A DNA stretch of 53,886 nucleotides, filler included, from Sluysia triapertura (taxonomy: Eukaryota): the NCBI GenBank assembly GCA_046118255.1. It is 4 parts of 4 records of this genome, joined end to end, with 100 filler letters (N's around TTAATTAATTAA, not from the genome) between each part and the next. Parts side by side here need not be neighbours in the genome. Positions count along the whole stretch, not along the records: positions 23,380 to 36,841 come from JBJNIA010038920.1; positions 36,942 to 53,886 come from JBJNIA010195156.1; 2 more parts are not named here. The stretch is one strand, 5' to 3'. This document shows, one piece after another, positions 23,280-36,943 of this stretch. The translations under genes were made by a program, and so were the position numbers. Every line of letters starts with the position of its first letter. Position 1 is the first letter of the stretch. The notes beneath the pieces are model-generated. The model ran no database searches and was not told the origin of the DNA. It was given only the letters and a program-made list of their open reading frames with translations.

Positions 23280-25492
23280 NNNNNNNNNNNNNNNNNNNNN
23301 NNNNNNNNNNNNNNNNNNNNNNNTTAATTAATTAANNNNNNNNNNNNNNNNNNNNNNNNNNNNNNNNNNNNNNNNNNNNAATCAACAAACAAAAAGATGA
23401 TAAACAAAGAAAAAATAATTGTAAAAATAACAGAAGTAATAACGACAACAATAATAGACTTAAATTTATGATAGCATTATTATGCATTTTAGTATGATGA
23501 TGTTGGTAGTATGGCAATAATTACCAAATTATGCGAATATGAAATTATTATAAGAATTATTATTATTACAATGGAAATTATGATAACAATAACTGTAACT
23601 CATGATAACTGTACAAAATGATTGTATAAATCAGATAATATGTTTAATGTTTTATTTATGTATGAAATGTTTGTGATTTTGTATGTGATTGTGTCGTGTA
23701 TGTGTGGAGTTCACTACAATATGTAATAGAATGATAAAAGATAGCGTAAGGAATAATAATAAATCGGGATGGTACAACCACAACAAATACAAGAAGTCTT
23801 AACAATACAATATGTAAGAAAACGTAAAATTTTGTTTAAATTTTGTAATGTTTAGAATGTGTGATATTATAAGAATTGTGTTTGATATGTTTGAGTTTGT
23901 TTAATATCTTATTTACGAGGAGTGCATTATTTTGTGTTTGATTGCGATTTTGTTTACAATTACAATATACTAATTTTGAGTTCACTTCGAAAATAAAGAT
24001 TATAATTACTATTTTAATTAAAAAACATTAGATTTACTTAAGCCACTTAAAGTGCTTAAGGAAATTACTCAGACTTTATCAAGGACCTTATCAAAGTGGA
24101 CTGATATTATCTTGAAGAACTGATATTGTTATTATACGATACCGAGGTCAAATGCAAATTGTGATAACTCAAGTTATAATATAAAATAACATCGTAGCGT
24201 TTGTATAAAACGTGACAAAAATTAGTTATGTTATATTTAATAATTCTGTTAAACTTTAACAAACATTTAACATTTATAAAATCTTTATCTATTATTATAG
24301 ATTTATAAGATTCATTAATAACAATTAAACTATTATTTGTCATTATCAAAAATTTAATTATTACTTTATTACAAAAACGTTTAACAAAAAAATATATACA
24401 AAACCAAGTTTCAATATTGACACAAACATTAGATAATACTTTTAGAACACATTTAAGTAAAAAGACCAAGCATGTTGCAGACTAGACCGGTAAAAGACGT
24501 CATAATGGGTTCTTGTTCACTAGATTTTAGTTGATCCTGAAAATTTTTTCCCTTAGCATGATCATCTTCGACAGAGTCGTGAATATGAGTAATGATACTG
24601 CTGTCTCTTTCAAAATACCACATTTTGATTTACTTTGTATTGAATGATTTCATATTAAATGGATAAATTCTCGCAACATCTACCATTATACTTGGCAGTG
24701 GCTTTAAATTATTAGTATACAAATAATAATAATAATTAATAATTAAAATTAGAGATGATATTGAGTAGTAGCAACAGCAATAGTAGTGGGTAGTAATAGT
24801 ACTACTAGTAGTAATAATAGTAAATAGTTGCAGTGATGATAGAAGATGGATAATTTTATGCAGATTTTGTTGTTTATTGTTTAATAAGTTTGTTTTTGTA
24901 CGGTTATAATGATGAATAAGGTTTTTGAATCACCACAATAAAAATAATTAATTGTGTTCATCTGTTTGTTATTATGTTCATAGTTTTCTTTTGGGCTTCA
25001 TTTTATATTTTTAAGAAAATTGTCATAAATTATGTTTCTTGGAGTATGAAAATTATCAATATCTATATTGTCGTCAATTATTATTATATATTACATGTTA
25101 TTATATGTTAGTCTAACTTTGTCAGTGATGATCGTTTAAGGATGCAGTACAATAATCATTATTTTACTAATAGTTATTAAGGAATCAAATTATTGTACCA
25201 ACCTGTTGATTTATTGTTAAAATTCATGAGTTCCTGCACTTCTATAATTACATTATTCATTATTAAAATATTTTTAGTCTTACATTTTTATTATGTTCGC
25301 AATCTGGATATATCGTACCATTGTGACGCTCACTTGTTTTGGAGTTAATTAATACTTTACTAATTTTTTCTTCTTGCTGAATTTATATTATTCAAATTCC
25401 TGAACAAAGACTCTGACACATTTGTGTGACTTTACGAGATGAATATCAAATTTTATTCCCGAAATAAATATGTTTGAATCACATTACATTAA

Positions 25493-25722
25493 CCACTTAA
25501 CGCATGGTTTTTTTCGACAAGACCGTCAAAAATGATGACTTTTTTAGCATAGATTGATAAACTTACTTTTTATATGTTATTTAAGTTAAGATTCATTCCC
25601 GAGTTAATTCGGGCTTGTGCATTAACTTAAATTGAAAAATAAAGTTGCCCGAGTTAACTCGGGGCTATGCAATTTTGATGGTAACACATGCCCGAGTTAA
25701 CTCGGGCTTATGCGTTAAGTGG
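25493..25722. mobile_element. piggyBac-type MITE, 230 bp
   Basis: Perfect 13-bp TIR CCACTTAACGCAT/ATGCGTTAAGTGG, TTAA target site on both sides (25489-25492, 25723-25726), three internal CCCGAGTTAAYTCGGG palindromes at 25598, 25648 and 25691. Confidence 0.92.
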
Positions 25723-26400
25723 TTAAACAATAAACATCAGTCGTTTCACCTCATCGGAATTCGATTTTTCATTATGAATTGTGATATTTTACAGTGCCAA
25801 TATGAATCATTTTGAATAATAGATGGAAGTGAATAATTTCTCGCTTCTAAAAGCAAGGGTTGATAGGACTGTCTAGAACGCAACGGATTATATTTTGAAT
25901 AATAAATATATCATTTGAATAAAATAGGCATTTTTATTTTTGTTTCGAAAAGATTTGGGACAATATAATAAATAACAATAAATATAAATAACAATAAAAA
26001 TACATCGAAACTGTTCATATCTCTTTTATTTATTTTCATTATTTTTTCCTACTGGCCATTTGTTGTTTTTGTTATAGTTACAACGACGAATGTTAGTCTT
26101 TGTATTTTTAAAAACGGTCCAACACACAAACACAATTTCTATAATATTAAATTTTTCTACTCAATATATATATTTGTCTGTACACGCAAACCAAGCAGTT
26201 ACAACACTATTTTCTACAATATCCTGTTGTGGTTTTTAGTATTTATCAAATAATAACGAAACATTATTTTAATTGTATAAAATACATTTTCCCATACAAT
26301 TTATTATTTTGGGTGTCCAATAACTTTCTCTTCTGTAACTATTTTACCTTATTTAAGTCGTTCATTATTTTTTAAATTTGCCATTGAATTGTTTGCCATT

Positions 26401-27035
26401 AATTCGATTTTCTGCTTCTCATGTTATTTCGTGTTGAAGAAATTGGTCAGTGTAATGACTCCAGAACAGAACTTTGGACACTGTTAAAAGATGTATTAAA
26501 ATGGTAACGTTCCTTTAGAGGTGTACTATTGAATTTTGAATATTGGCGTAGTAAAAATACAATATGTTTGTGTTTACTATGTAAATTAATTATTGAAGTT
26601 ATAAGGTAATTATCTATATATATTTCATATGTTGGGTTAATTAGAACAAATTTTATATTAAAATCTGTATAACTTGACCAACTTTATCGAATATACAGGG
26701 AGGATAAAAAACAAATACGATTCATAAATACTAAATATAAAATAGAAACACAACTCACTAGAATAACTTCTTACCTTTTTCTCAACGATTTTGTAACTCG
26801 GAGTAAAACATTTCCTGGCTGAATGAAGAGTTTAAGAGACAATATAAAAGTACTGCATGATCAATGAAATTCATTTCTATGACGATTCTGTGTCCTAAAA
26901 TTGACGTAAAATTCGTTAAACTCTCTATTGAAGCCTTATATTATTTCTTAAATTCGATTTCTTGCTTCTCGTGTTATTTCGATGTAGTTAAATAAGTTGG
27001 TAAATAAGGACTCCGGAACATGACTCTGTTAAAAA
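26401..27035. repeat. Pair of ~85-bp diverged direct repeats (26401-26490 and 26951-27035)
   Basis: AATTCGATTTTCTGCTTCTCATGTTATTTCG...GACTCCAGAACA...CTGTTAAAA vs AATTCGATTTCTTGCTTCTCGTGTTATTTCG...GACTCCGGAACA...CTGTTAAAA. Confidence 0.75.
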
Positions 27036-28828
27036 TTGATTATCTTATCACACCGTGTAGGAAGCCTTACTAAATGTCAAGGTTATTATTGATTTCAAGG
27101 TCATCTGTTGTGGACTAATGAAAAGATGCAAATTTGATTGTTTATTCATAAATTTTTGATAGTGGGCAAATGCCAGAAGCTTTTTTTAAAAAGTTATTTT
27201 CCTTAATAAAAATATAAACCCTAAATACTAATTATTTTTATTCATTCGAAGATGTCACACTCCGTTCATTCTGATTCCGTTACAACTTCATTCTTAACTA
27301 GATCCACCTTTTGGGTCCTTTCCAACGTGTTTGGTTCTTCGAAAGCACCTAGGAGCTCTAAAATTTTTCATAAGTATTGGTGGAAAAATAAAAGTATTTT
27401 TACAGTAGGTTGTTTTTCGTATGACAATACGAATATGAAATTATTCAAATAGTTGTTTAGTGCAATCAAATAATTTGGGGCAATACTTGAAAACACTCAT
27501 TTAGTGAAAAAATAATTTCCTGTTATTGAATATTGTCTCGTAATATAATCGCAATATAATTTAGTAAATCGCCGTTCTTTCGGTGGCCAAATTATTAGAC
27601 TGAAACACAAAAAATATGTTTTCTTTGGTGGTACATCAAAAGTGGTCGTTTGGGAAAATGTGGCATCAATAAGAAATGGTAGATATTTTGTGAAACGTTC
27701 TACGATGTATCGTAAAGCTACCAGTATGACTTTGCAGAAGCAGAATTCACGTTAGTGCCAGAACAGTCAGAGTGAGACGACCCAGGGATGATCAGTAAAA
27801 GGTTGACTGGAGTCAGTGTGTTTTAGTGGGACTTAATGAAACTGTGAAACATCCAACTTTCGAAAAATGTTGAAAATTGTCCTTAGTCTAATAATTTGCC
27901 ATCACTGTGTTTTCCGATTCACATTCAATTTTTTAAATGATTGTGGGTATATTCATAAATTAATTATAAGCATTATAATGCTTGCAACAGAAGATTATAA
28001 AGAACAACGGTCAGATAGAGCAAGTCAATTATCATTTAATTAATGAAAGGCAAAACATGGGAACATGCATTAAAAGATTATACTTGGATTATTATTGGAA
28101 ATCGTAAATGTATGAGTGCAGGTTGCAGAAAACCAATAACACATTCCACATATCGTGTTGGAATTCAAATTGAAATTACAGAGTTGTGTACTCGTGCAGA
28201 TGGTAAATTAAACTGGACATTTAATTGGTCGTCGTTACTTTTATTGTTTCGTGATTTTCGATGCTTATTGAGTAACTTTTGAATTTAAAATTTTTTATTT
28301 CAAAATTTGAGAGACATGATCAATCTGCGAAATACAATAACAATAAAAACAATAATAATAATAATAATAATGTGCTAGTGAATACTTAGTGAAATGTTCT
28401 TACTAAATTTTGTAACCACATAATATTTCGTAAAATGTCAGTATTTGTAGCAATAACGGAATATCCAATTATCCGAGATATGATACATTATTCATAGATT
28501 TTTCTTATACCATCATCGCTAAAACGAGAACTACATGAACTCCGAACATAACACTTTAATTTCGAGATTTCGACATTGTGAAATAAATAACATCCCAGCT
28601 CGATCTTGTCTGTAATGTTATTATATTTTCCAAATAAGTTAATGAAATATCATCAATCTTCAACATATTAAATTATTTCAATTATCATTTATAACTGATT
28701 ATGGTCAATTTGAATTTCATTGGTTTACATAAATACTGACTGCATGCTATCTCACATGACAACACTATGATGACAAAGACAATGATGATAATAATGATGA
28801 CGTAATTCATAAAATGATGAACGCGACA

Positions 28829-28831
<3 letters not shown>

Positions 28832-28883
<52 letters not shown>
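28832..28883. repeat. (ATT)n microsatellite
   Basis: Direct reading. Confidence 0.95.
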
Positions 28884-28884
<1 letters not shown>

Positions 28885-29804
28885 TTGTCATTAACACTCC
28901 TCGTTTCGATATTAAAAAGCGTACGCATATCCTGCATCTTGATTCGCTGAGTTCTGACGAAGTTTTCTTGACTCGATTGTCCTGTTTTGAAAATATCTTT
29001 GTCTGATAACAATATTTAATATCTAATAAATATTATTTAGATATCTAGGGGTTTACTATCTTTAACATTATCGATGTTAAAATGACCTTTTTCATTCAAA
29101 CCTATTCTAATTGGATTACTTGACATTTATTTGCATTCACTGTATTATTTGCGATTATCAAAATCTAGAAAATTTTAAATAAACGGTTAATATCAAATAA
29201 AATTAATAGTTTGTTTCCAATTATTGTTTTTAAATTAATAGTTAATAATTTTGTTAAATATATCATTTTATAATTCTCTGTTTGTTTCTATAACAATCTA
29301 CAAAATGATTTAAAAGTTAAACATAACTGGTCGAAAGAATGTAAGGGTACAAAACTGAAAATTGTTCCCTCTTTAGTTAGTTATTCTGATGAAGAAAAAT
29401 TACTCTATTTGTCACTCAATGGACAAACAATTAATGTATTAAGCCATTGAGTTCTGATTTTTTAGAACTTTTTTAACATATTGAACGTGTTTATTTTTGC
29501 TCGTCAACTGGCACAACGCATATGTTAAATTCGTCTCATCTGTAACTTTGGTTATTCATATTGATGACGAGTCTCCCTCGTCAAATGTATCGAATAACAT
29601 TGTACAAGTTTGACGAATATCCGATGTTTCTATTATTACTTCTTTTCTTTTCTAATAAAATAAGCACCTTCATTTAAAAAGCAATACAACTTACCTCACT
29701 CTAATGCGGCACTAGATAAACGTAGAAATTAACCCTCCACAATTCATAAAATATGGTAGTACGTGCATATATTTAATTTTATCTTTTAATACTGTTTTAT
29801 TTAG

Positions 29805-30098
29805 ATACCGACATGACAAATCTACGATCGTTTTCCAAAAAGTCAATAGATGAGTCATTGTTTTACTTGAATAAGTCCCGGACGTGCACTAGTCCTCTTC
29901 CAGAAACCGAGCAACAAAAAATCAGTCATCATGCATATCAAGCAAGCACTGGGACGAAGAAAGTAATGTCTCATCATGCTAAACTTCCAAAAATTCTTCA
30001 CAAACGCAATCAAGCTTCTGGCAACTATTCCAGTATCATGACGACATCTACTGCTAGTGAATCCGGTAGCTACTTGGCACCTGTATTACCGTTGTCAA
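29805..30098 (+). CDS. Internal coding exon (294 nt, phase 1-1) of an unidentified gene; S/T/K/H-rich, probably disordered
   Basis: ttttatttag|AT ACC GAC ATG...TTG TCA A|gtaagt, open frame, GC higher than flanks. Confidence 0.7.
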
Positions 30099-32139
30099 GT
30101 AAGTTTATGTTTTATTTGCTTTATTAATTTTATTTGAAGCCCGGTGCTACAATAGCTAACACTATTTCTATTTTTACCATTTTAATTGGAAATTATTTTT
30201 TAAGTTTAACCATTTTTTCGCAATTTATATTTCAGCTTTTCGTACAATAATAATTTTCCTTCAATTTCAACTCAGATCTAAATATACACTTTTTGGACGA
30301 AATAGGTATACACAAAATCACGGTAGAAATATAGTGTAAAGTAAACCAACTATATTCAATTTTAGAAGAAATAAAAATTCCACACCTTAAAGGGTTAATA
30401 ATATGGATACTGGGATTGCATTTCTGTGGTACTTTTTGATGTGCCAGACAGTACATCTTGTTAACACATCTGAAAGTTGACTGGAATTATTTTTCTGAAG
30501 TCGCTATTTTAATATACTCTTTCAAGCATTCTGAAGAGCATTAAAATGTCATTAGAAATGGGATTTTCTAACATTAAAAATATGAAACATAACAACTGGT
30601 TCTTTCCAGTTCAGTGTTTTCACATTTATAGATCATTTTGAAGACAGCAATAGCGTGAAGATTCTTGTGTAATATTGTATATTTCTAGTTTGTTTACAAT
30701 AGTCCTCTATTTCTCGGTTTCGATTAACACTGAATTAAGTGACCCATGAAAGATCAAATACAACCTTAGCTTTAAATGGTTATTCTTGTATTTTACTATT
30801 TATCTTCCGTTTAAACTGAGGCCTTTTCTATTTGTTAATTAAACATATTTTTGTTTTCCTCTTTTTCCCGCATTTTCGAGTTATTTCTGTTTTAATTTCA
30901 AATTCGGTCTTGTTTTTTATTTAGCTTCTATGTTGTTATTTAATACGAAAATTAAAGTGATCTTAAAAAATTCTCCACTTTTCTTGTTTGAAAATTATGA
31001 ATTTATTTAAATAAAGTTAATATATGAACTCAGAATGTCATGACAAAACGTCATTTACTGATTCCCTTAACAATCTTAACAACCAATGATAACTCAATGT
31101 TGCCCTCATTGGATTTTGAAAAAACTAGTTTCTTTTTTGGTTTTATAAAAACATAGATATTCTGCTAGAACTAGTGGATTAAAAAGCGCTTCTCGAAATT
31201 TATTGAAGTAGTGAGTTCTGAATCCCATGTACTAGTATGAACTTCGAAAGATCTTCGTTACATTTGCCATTATATGTTTCATTTGCAGTTATTTTATCTG
31301 ATTAAATACTGCTTATAAATTAATATAAATAATCAAATATATAATAATCAAAAATATCGTTGATATTATTAAAAAATTTGTTGTATTCAATATTGTTGTA
31401 ATTACTGCTATTATTATTATTATTATCTTATATTATATTCTTACTGCTATCTTTTATTACTACTTTCATTTTTTTACCTTAGAATTCTTTATTACTATTA
31501 CACTTTACATCACTATTATTATTAATGTTGGTCAAAATTTACAAATCTTGCCCAGAATCTAGATATTTATTAATTTAACATATCGTACGTATTGAAAACT
31601 TTTAGAAGTTTTATTAGCCTCCTTTACTGAAGATTTTTATGCTGACGAAATTTATTATTTGATAAATATATCAAAATTTTTTTGAATTCAATCTACAGTC
31701 ATTAGATAATGCGCCGTCATCCACCAAATGTTACGTCATTCATTCAACCAATGGATCAAGGTGTATTACTTTGAAAATTTGAGTTAAAATTTAGTTATAT
31801 TTATATTACTTTTGTTTGAAATTTGAATAATGAATATTTTTTAAATTCAATAACACAAAACAAATAATAATTTAAACTAAAAAAAGGCCAAATTAAATGG
31901 ATTGAAAGTAAATTGAAATTGTTTTGGTATTAGTGAGAGTTGTTTGGCTCACAATTTTTTTCTAGCTGAAAACGTTTAAATGATTTCAATATTCGTATTA
32001 GCGAAACAACATGGCCAATTTCATATACAACTAAATCAATTTTCTATTATAATATTATATTGTCATTATTATAATTTATTATTGTTTGTATTGTCCTGTG
32101 TTTATTAGTGTAGAACTCAAGATTAAGGCATTATAATTG

Positions 32140-32300
32140 TACACAAGATCACAAGCAAACAAACAGCACAAAATAACACATTCCTTATAAATATAATATC
32201 AAACAAATTTCAACACAAGCTCACACAAAATATCAAATCATCAAACAATGCACATAAAACACAAAGACAATTTTTATGATACCATACATCTTAAAGTCTT
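32140..32300 (+). repeat. Dispersed repeat (related copies ~7380-7500 + and ~23830-23950 -)
   Basis: Shared TCACAAGCAAAC..CACAAAWTAACACAT...ATATCAAATCAYCAAACA blocks. Confidence 0.65.
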
Positions 32301-35300
32301 ATAATTTCTAGTTAAAATTTGTTATACTTGTTACTGTTGGTAGTATAGTTCACAAGTTGTTACTTAGATGTTACGCAAAGACCATTAACATTTATTCATA
32401 CGAATTCTGGAGGGCTTATTACTTTTGTCTTATTTAACTTTATTAATGAATTAATAAATGTATTACAAATTTTTATTATTAATAAATTATTGAAATTGTT
32501 GAAATTTCTAATTATTAAAAAACTAAAAACAAAGTCCTGAAACATAATCAACAAAATTTAACTTAACTTTATTCAAACATAAAAACGTTTTTTGTAAAAA
32601 TACATATAACCATACTTAATAGCAAAGGAATTACTGCAATCAGTTTCATATTTTTGATTAATAGCTTCATGGTATCTCTGAAGAATGTCGAATTTAAGCA
32701 TAAAAGGAAGCTGATCGGAATCACACATACATAAATATATACAAATTCAAAAAAACAAAAGAATAGAAGGAAGAGTGATGGCAAAAATAAAAGGAATCAT
32801 AATGATAACAATAACATAATTATTGTACATTTTAATACGATGATGTTGATGATATTGTGCTATTATTATAAGAACTATTATATGATAATCATAATTACAA
32901 CAATACTATAATTATTATTACAAATGGATTTATAATAACAATAACTCTAACTCGTGATAATTATGTACAATGACTGTTTGTTTTTTGAATGAGTCAAGTG
33001 GTTTACGTAAGAAGTGATTAAGTGTAGAGATTTTGATGTGATGATTAAAATGTCCACGAAATCATCATATTTTTAGTAACATTTGTGTATATAAATTTTC
33101 TCAAAATATCTAATTTTATATGATTTAGATTTAATATAATGTTTGAATTTTTGACACTATTATTATTATTATTATTTTCATTATTACTATTTAATTATTA
33201 TTAAAGAAAATCAATATAAATTAACATATCCATGGTCAGGAAAATTAATTAATAAAATTACCTTAGATAAATTAAAGAGAAAATAAATTGATATTGGAAA
33301 GTTTTGTAATATTTTACAATGTATTACGATGAATTTTATTTTAAGTTGAAGATGCAGATTTAAGCGAAAAGAAGCTTTAGAAACAATAAATGAAGAAGTT
33401 ATGAATGATCCATTTGGACTTAATGATTGTTCCAGTTGTGTTCGATGGAGGAGGAAGTAATCGTGAATTAAAGAAATTGAGAAACGACAGAAAGATAATC
33501 TTCCATTTCAATTGTTATACATTTTAACGATTGTGATTAGACATGCAAAAACATTTGGCTCCTTTTGTAGATTGAAAATTATGTTGAAATCAAACGAGCG
33601 GGTTGTTATGCTGTAGATCAAATGAGTAGATTGTGGTATTACAATTTTTATTATCCATTCGAAATTTTAATAAAACTATTAATTTCTAACTTGAGTCATC
33701 AACACATAACTTAAATCGTATTGAGAATGTTTTATTAAATGGTTCGAGTTTAGTGTAGAGATTATTCGAATGTATTTTGTTCGACAATAGAATTGTCAGA
33801 TTCTTTTGGTGTTTTTCATGTATCCAGCGAAATGCGTAATATGACCGAAGATCTTCGACACGAAAAAGGAATGAAATTTCAACAAGAAATATAAATGACT
33901 TAAAAGCGCAAATGGGTTTCGAAGAGCAACTTTTACAGCGTTATCCATAAGGATTCGATGGATCTAACCTTAGTTGCCTTATATCCAAAACTTTCGCCTG
34001 CTTTAACTCAAGATTTGGGTGATCTTATTGAACGAATTAGAATTAAATCTGACCAATTAAATCCAACATTACCAACTGCTGCTTGGTTCAATAATTATCC
34101 GTGGATTCGAAGATGAGCCAGATGCAACCTCTCAGTCTCGTGGCGAAACGTACAGTTCGATGAACTATTTTATCAAATTTGATGGATGTTTCTATTTGTC
34201 TTATCATTTTATAATTAATTTCGCTCCTTTATCATTATTGATCAAATTTTACATCAGACAATGTCACACAATCGTTTTCGTCTAGCCTTAAGTCGCCTCC
34301 TAATACAAATAGAGAATTGAATGTCAGTTTAAAATCTTTGATAGATTAAATAAAAGTAACAAGAATGTAAGTCTCCGACCTGTCATCAGAGATCAGAGAC
34401 CATAAAAGGCTGGACAAAAAATGAAAATTAAAGATTATAAAATATTTTAAGTCTAAGCGAGTTTATAATCATTTTACTGTAGTATAAAATTAATACTTTT
34501 TAATATTCCTTACTGTCGAAAACAAATAACATTATTAATATTTTACCAAAACAATATCGAATGAGAATAAGCGAATAGAAATAAACAAAACAAATGTGGG
34601 CATGCATCAATATATTCGAAACAATGTTGTCTAAAAAACTGTTTGTCTTAAAACATTTTGAAAAAGAATCTTCCAAGAATAACTGTTTCTCTGAATTTAA
34701 ATGTTATTATTATATTATCTTTATTATTATTATTGTAAAATTTAAAGACAAATAATATAATATACTTTGCTACTTTAGTCCGTAATTTATTTCAAACATA
34801 TGAGTTAAGTCTTAATCAGTCTCACGTATCATTTTAGTTTCACCTTAAAGACAAATTCTGTATCTTTATACGATGTCACTACTCGTCTCTGGTGTTAGAG
34901 ATGGTAGTGCTTTATCAATAGAGGTTATATTCTTAATCTATCAAACTCTATTCCTCAATCTTCCTTTGTAAATTCTAATAAACAATAAAGCTTTATTTAT
35001 TTATTTAAAATGAACAATCTTATTTATTTCTTATTGACATATGCATTTTAACAGTTCACAATTACTTAATGAAGTATAAATCAAAAAAATTAACAATTTA
35101 TAGTGAATAAATAAAGTGTATGATAATCACGAAGTAAATCGCATGTCAATAGTCACCAAATCGATGCAAATAACTCTTTATTTTAGTTTTGTGTTTTGCT
35201 TTTTGAACTCGATTTTATGTGTTTGATTTCGGTCAATATATTGTAAGATTTTAATTACAAATTATAAGATTTATCGAAATATTAATATTGTTATATTATA

Positions 35301-35845
35301 ATTAAAATTATGCGGGATTTAATTTTGGCCAATAATATTGCTTAAATTTTTGTTATATATTATGAAAATGTACTATTTACAAATTTATAAAATATATTAA
35401 CTACAAATTATATTCAATAAAAATAAAGTTTATTTTGTAATTTTAAAATTAAAATTAAATTGAGTAACTTAATTCAATCAAATTGAATTGCGATATCACA
35501 ATGCTTGAAAATAAATAATAATCATTTTAAATTAAGATTACATAAAGCGAACAGAGAAAATTAATTTAAAATGCCGAAAAGCAAATAAATAATAAAAATA
35601 ATATTGGCTCACATAATAGTAGCAATAATCAGAAAATTAGTGATTGCTGAATCATTTTATATGACTGTTACTAAATTAATCATTTGTATAAGTTTACTAT
35701 TATGAATCAATTATAATTACTATTGATTAAATTAATAATTTTATGCTATTATAAATTAATTATTTTTTTAATCTCTCTATTGTTATTCAACCGAAAAAAC
35801 AATAAATATTAACTAAAAATGAAGTATACTAAATACAAACTAAAA

Positions 35846-36000
35846 GTATCGAGAGAATTTGTATCGAGATAAATCACTAATCTGTATCAAGGTAATTCGG
35901 TACTTTGTGTCGAGATAATTCAGTGATTAGTATCGAAGAATTCATTTATATTGGGACAATCCCATAATTTGCATCGAGATAATTCACATCAAGATAGTTA
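35846..36000 (+). repeat. Array of GTATCGAGATAATTC-like motifs, four at exact 23-bp period
   Basis: Motif starts at 35846, 35861, 35884, 35907, 35930, 35971 and ~35987. Confidence 0.75.
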
Positions 36001-36943
36001 CTAAAACAATTGAATAAACTGATTTACCTATAAATCTTAAAATGATAATTTCACTGATAAAAGATTATAATTTTTAGCTTTTCAGTGAGAAAATTAAATT
36101 ATTTTGTCAATTTTAAAATAAAATCCAATGTTAAATAAATTAACAAATAAATTTTATGCTATTAAATCTTTATCTATTGAGTAAATTGTATTATAATAAA
36201 TAGTTTTGTTTATAGGGGAGCTTGAAAATAGAGTTAAATTGAAATTAAAACTCTCTTACAAAGTGAAATACAGTTTTATAAGTTGAATTAAAATTAAAAC
36301 AAAGTTTTTAAAGTTTGATAAAGCCTTAATAGAATTAAAATATAACTAAATAAAGGTTAAAATTTAAATACATAAAAATTGGAAGATTTAAAAGGATAAA
36401 TTGTTTGTTAAGCACTTCCCTCTAGAACAACTGAGACGAGTATACGAATTCATACCTTCCAGACACAGTTTCGAATGAATATAAGGTTTTAATTATAAAC
36501 ATGCACAACGATTTGTTAGCTATATAAATATAAGGAAGGAAAAGAATTTTTCGAAGGTATAAATTTTAAAATAATATTGAAGTATAGTGTTTATAAATTT
36601 AGATTTCGTATTATTTCTATATAATCTCAGTTTGAAATGATTTTGTTCACATAATCAATTGCACTGTGCAACTATGTTATCTCTTAAGGTTCACCTACGA
36701 TCTACGATTTAAACTTAATGCGACGTATCTGTCGGATTTTTTATAAGTGTATTTATTTACTACCAGGGTCTTTATGTGTGTCGTATTAACTCTTGATTGT
36801 TTTAATTGTATTCCTTCAAGATTCAATTATTGTGCTTGGAANNNNNNNNNNNNNNNNNNNNNNNNNNNNNNNNNNNNNNNNNNNNTTAATTAATTAANNN
36901 NNNNNNNNNNNNNNNNNNNNNNNNNNNNNNNNNNNNNNNNNCA

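Noticed and set aside
35846-36000. CRISPR-like repeat-spacer array
   Set aside because: Repeats about 15 bp and spacers about 8 bp are far too short, no cas genes are present, and the context is eukaryotic
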